Assembly (NCBI GenBank): GCA_022072205.1
Contig: JAJVID010000143.1
Location: 727-64,726 of the forward strand
DNA length: 64,000 nucleotides
From: Acidobacteriota bacterium
GTDB taxonomy: Bacteria > Acidobacteriota > Blastocatellia > RBC074
Direction: 5' to 3'
Of this stretch, positions 60,991 to 64,000 are shown piece by piece. The position numbers were made by a program, and so were the translations under genes. The notes under the pieces are model-generated. The model was not told where the DNA came from, did no database searches, and saw nothing but the letters and a program-made list of their open reading frames with translations. The first letter of the stretch is position 1, and every line of letters begins with the position of its first letter.

Positions 60991-61263
60991 ATGCCTAGAA
61001 AATCAGGAAGCAGCAATCCCCAGGAACATATCAGAATGGCGATTGCGAGCATTGATCGCCAAATCAAGGATCTGACGGCGCAACGTGAACAACTCGCAAA
61101 GATAGTTCCAGGTATCGCCTCTGCAAGCGCGCGACGCCGGGGAAGACCTGTGGGCGCTGCGGCGACTGGCGATAAGCCAAAGCGAGTTGTTTCGGAAGCG
61201 ACAAAGAAGAAACTCAGGGCCGCAGCCAAAGCGCGATGGGCCAAGGAAAGAGGGGAAGGTTAA
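60991..61263 (+). CDS. small basic hypothetical protein (coiled-coil N-terminus, AT-hook-like RRRGRP)
   Basis: GAGGAGAG SD lies 7 nt upstream of the ATG. 90 aa with a K/R-rich C-terminal half. Confidence 0.5.
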   Translation: MPRKSGSSNPQEHIRMAIASIDRQIKDLTAQREQLAKIVPGIASASARRRGRPVGAAATGDKPKRVVSEATKKKLRAAAKARWAKERGEG

Positions 61264-61300
61264 GCAGGCGGGTAAATATTTTGTGACGTAGTCAGGGATC

Positions 61301-61342
61301 ATATTTCATATCACATATGAAATATTGCATATGAAATATGGC
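61301..61342. repeat. ATAT-phased heptad repeat with alternative hairpins
   Basis: atatttc atatcac atatgaa atattgc atatgaa atatggc. The segment catatttcatat can pair with either of two atatgaaatat copies. Confidence 0.8.
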
Positions 61343-61377
61343 TTCAACGCTGTTATCAGCGCCCCGAAAATGGGACA

Positions 61378-61477
61378 GGCTCCGGTTACTGCCGCGGCAC
61401 ATCCGAACAACGCTACCGTTGCTACCTTCCGGTCCTGGCGGGATTCACGCGTTCGGGATTGCACGGAGTCCGGAGCC
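61378..61477 (-). ncRNA. ffs: signal recognition particle RNA (small, 4.5S-type)
   Basis: The minus-strand transcript contains helix-8 core GCCAGGACCGGAAGGUAGCAACGG (GGAA tetraloop, conserved AGCA). The 5' GGCUCCGG pairs with the 3' CCGGAGCC. The location upstream of dnaX matches a widespread synteny. Confidence 0.75.
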
Positions 61478-61484
61478 TGAGATT

Positions 61485-61516
61485 AGGTCTCGATTTCAGA
61501 TATGATATCGAGACCT
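61485..61516 (-). terminator. 10-bp stem-loop between tRNA-Ser and SRP RNA
   Basis: aggtctcgat (61485-61494) pairs with atcgagacct (61507-61516). Confidence 0.4.
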
Positions 61517-61523
61517 TAAAAAC

Positions 61524-61610
<87 letters not shown>

Positions 61611-61612
61611 GC

Positions 61613-61654
61613 ATCTCGGATTTCAAATTTGGAATCCGGGATTCGAGATTTCCG
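61613..61654 (-). repeat. heptad-periodic spacer between the two tRNA-Ser genes
   Basis: atctcgg atttcaa atttgga atccggg attcgag atttccg. It contains the near-palindrome cggatttcaaatttggaatccg. Confidence 0.75.
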
Positions 61655-61655
61655 A

Positions 61656-61742
<87 letters not shown>

Positions 61743-61767
61743 ACATAAAAACTCACTCAATCCTGTT

Positions 61768-62373
61768 TTATTCATCGTCATCGGAAGCTACTTCCAGCCG
61801 CCTGCCACCTTCATCATTATTAGCAAGATTAGCAGAATCATCATCCGGCTTGTTTTTGCGTCGTTGTTTGAAGAAAGCCTGCATCAACCGCCGGCCATCT
61901 TCAGCCCGCGTTCCCGAAGTAACTTCCACTTGATGATTCAAAGAACCGTTTGTGCAAATCTGGAAAACGGTATCAACTCCGCCCGCGCGCAAATCCGCCG
62001 CGCCGTATACCAGACGCTTGATTCTGGCGTTGACTATCGCTCCGGCGCACATCGCGCACGGTTCAATGGTGACGTACAACGTCGCTTCGGTTAAACGATA
62101 GTTGCCGATTCGTCGCGCAGCTTCTCGCAACGCTATGATTTCGGCATGCGCGGTCGGATCGCTTGATCCAATCGGGTGGTTGTGTCCGCTCCCCACGATC
62201 TGATTATCAATTACGACGATGGCTCCAATGGGAACCTCGCCTGCGTCTCGCGCCAGCCGGGCTTCGCCGAGCGCAAAGCCCATGAAGAAGCTGTCATTTT
62301 CATCGGCGTCACGAAGATGGCCAGCAGCGGCGGCGCTGTTTGTTTCTTCGTTTGCCTCATTGCGCTGTGCCAT
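61768..62373 (-). CDS. tadA: tRNA-specific adenosine deaminase with acidic C-terminal tail
   Basis: Zinc motifs [10 protein letters not shown] and PCAMCAGAI. Confidence 0.9.
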   Translation of the reverse strand: MAQRNEANEETNSAAAAGHLRDADENDSFFMGFALGEARLARDAGEVPIGAIVVIDNQIVGSGHNHPIGSSDPTAHAEIIALREAARRIGNYRLTEATLYVTIEPCAMCAGAIVNARIKRLVYGAADLRAGGVDTVFQICTNGSLNHQVEVTSGTRAEDGRRLMQAFFKQRRKNKPDDDSANLANNDEGGRRLEVASDDDE

Positions 62374-62471
62374 TGTTCATCAGGCGCGCCAAAACGCGAA
62401 GGCGAATGGTACTGACGCTGATTGTTCCTGTCAAGCAAGGCTTCAGTCAGGTTTTGATGTAGAATCCCCGC

Positions 62472-63062
62472 GTGTCTTCTTCGTACCAGAAATTCATAAA
62501 ACAGGTAGATGAACTCGCCGCGAAGCTACAGGCGCGTTACTCGAACCATCTGGTTTGCCGCGCGGGATGCAGCGGATGTTGCCACCATCATCTTTCCGTT
62601 TTCACCGTCGAAGCAGAAGCTGTTCGCGCGGCGATTGAAAATATGCCCGCTCAGGTTCGCGCTCGTGTGGAAGCGCAGGCTCGTGAAGTCATCGTACGCG
62701 AAGCTCAGGGCGAGACGGTAGCCTGTCCGCTGCTGCTTGACGACCGTTGTTCGATTTACGAATCGCGCCCGCTGATCTGTCGAACCCAGGGGCTGCCGTT
62801 GTTGATGGAGGCGGAGGACGGCGAACAGGAAATTGATTTCTGTCCGCTGAATTTCACCGAGGCCGGCGCGGTTGATGATCTGGATGAAAATCATCTTGCG
62901 CCGCTCGACCAGTTAAACTTGCGGCTGGCGCTGGTGAATTTGCAGCATTGCCGCGAAACGGGACTGGCGGATGGCGCGAGTGGCGAGCGCGTGAAGATGG
63001 CCGACATCGCGCTTGAATCTCAGACCTCAATCCCAAATCCCAAATCCCAAATTCAAGGCTGA
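62472..63062 (+). CDS. YkgJ family cysteine-cluster protein
   Basis: CRAGCSGCCHH and CPLLLDDRCSIYESRPLICR motifs. GTG start. Confidence 0.75.
   Translation: MSSSYQKFIKQVDELAAKLQARYSNHLVCRAGCSGCCHHHLSVFTVEAEAVRAAIENMPAQVRARVEAQAREVIVREAQGETVACPLLLDDRCSIYESRPLICRTQGLPLLMEAEDGEQEIDFCPLNFTEAGAVDDLDENHLAPLDQLNLRLALVNLQHCRETGLADGASGERVKMADIALESQTSIPNPKSQIQG
63029..63056 (+). repeat. AATCCCA heptad repeat at the 3' end of the YkgJ-like CDS
   Basis: aatccca aatccca aatccca aattcaa, bracketed by cttgaat (63012-63018) and attcaag (63051-63057). Confidence 0.8.
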
Positions 63063-63084
63063 ATGATTGCCAACGGAGGGTCGC

Positions 63085-64000
63085 TTGAAACTCAGACTCG
63101 TTTTGATCTCGTTCTTGTCCTCGCTTTTTGCGTATCAGGTTTTCGCTCAATCGTCGCCAGCCGCATCCGCCGCGAGAGCTTACAGGCAAGCGCACGAACA
63201 CGAAATCATCGAGGAATTCGTCAACCTGCTTTCGATCCCGAACGTCGCGTCGGACACGCCGAACATCCGCCGAAACGCGGAAGCGGTCTCGCGGATGCTC
63301 GAAAGACGCGGCGTCAAAACCCGCTTGCTCGAAAGCGCCGAAGCGCCGCCGGTAGTTTACGGCGAGATCAATGCGCCGGGCGCGATGCGCACGCTGATCT
63401 TTTACGCCCATTACGACGGTCAGCCAATCGAACCTGCCAAATGGACAGGCGGCGATCCGTTCAAACCCACGCTGCGTTCGGCGTCGCTCGAAGCCGGCGG
63501 CAAAGACATTCCATTTCCATCCAGAGGTCAGAAATTCGATCCGGAATGGCGGCTCTATGCGCGTTCGACGGGCGACGACAAAGCGCCGATCATCGCCATC
63601 TGCGCCGCGCTCGATGCGATGCGCGAAAAGGGCATCGCTCCCGCGTCGAACATCAAGTTTTTCTTCGAGGGAGAAGAGGAGGCCGGATCGCCGCATTTGG
63701 AGAAGATCGTCGAAAAATACCGTGACCTGTTGAAAGCGGACGCGTGGCTGATTTGCGACGGGCCGGTTGACCAGACGCGGCGGCCGCAAATCTATTTCGG
63801 CGCGCGCGGCGTGACGGGGCTTGAAATCACCGTGTACGGCCCGCGCCGCGAACTTCACAGCGGTCATTACGGCAACTGGGCGCCGAATCCCGCGATGATG
63901 CTGGCGAAACTGCTGGCTTCGATGAAGGACGATGACGGGCGCGTGTTGATCAAAGATTATTACGACGGCGTCGAAGCCCTGACCGAGACCGAAAAACGCG
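63085..64000 (+). CDS. secreted M20 family dipeptidase/peptidase (3' end beyond window)
   Basis: Frame open from TTG 63085 (GGAGG 5 nt upstream) to the window end, so it is not in the ORF track. Signal peptide MKLRLVLISFLSSLFAYQVFAQ. Motifs FYAHYDGQP, STGDDKAPI and FFFEGEEEAGSP. Confidence 0.8.
   Translation, partial: MKLRLVLISFLSSLFAYQVFAQSSPAASAARAYRQAHEHEIIEEFVNLLSIPNVASDTPNIRRNAEAVSRMLERRGVKTRLLESAEAPPVVYGEINAPGAMRTLIFYAHYDGQPIEPAKWTGGDPFKPTLRSASLEAGGKDIPFPSRGQKFDPEWRLYARSTGDDKAPIIAICAALDAMREKGIAPASNIKFFFEGEEEAGSPHLEKIVEKYRDLLKADAWLICDGPVDQTRRPQIYFGARGVTGLEITVYGPRRELHSGHYGNWAPNPAMMLAKLLASMKDDDGRVLIKDYYDGVEALTETEKR

Overview
About 60% GC chromosomal segment from a Gram-negative bacterium. 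The gene content (complete mraZ-to-ftsZ dcw cluster including ftsA, exosortase/EpsI, paired M16 peptidases, BNR propellers) suggests Acidobacteriota-like, but that is a low-confidence inference. Main blocks: (1) small redox genes, pdxA, an Hfq-like gene and a histone-H1-like gene (1-7 kb). (2) A 14-gene dcw division/cell-wall cluster on the minus strand (7.2-25.2 kb). (3) A ZIP transporter and a split B12-dependent acyl-CoA mutase interrupted by an Rpn-like gene and two M16 peptidases, then crotonase, a PLP dehydratase and an antiporter (25.6-35.9 kb). (4) glnD-amtB-glnK plus an outer-membrane barrel gene (35.9-41.5 kb). (5) A copper-type cluster: small Cys/His protein, TolC, multicopper oxidase and two BNR propellers (42.4-48.6 kb). 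(6) A DUF433/DUF5615 toxin-antitoxin pair, a 1376-aa secreted protein, exosortase and EpsI (49.6-56.3 kb). (7) fabI, then the conserved tadA - tRNA-Ser x2 - SRP RNA - dnaX - ybaB - recR block (56.4-62.4 kb). No CRISPR array, rRNA, integrase or obvious defence island was seen. The most unusual signal is non-coding. Many gene junctions are filled with tandem 7-nt (one 8-nt) simple repeats rather than ordinary spacer. Five of these form long palindromes with a consistent purine-arm-first polarity in the transcript. Three place a C-rich arm directly against a start codon that has no Shine-Dalgarno.
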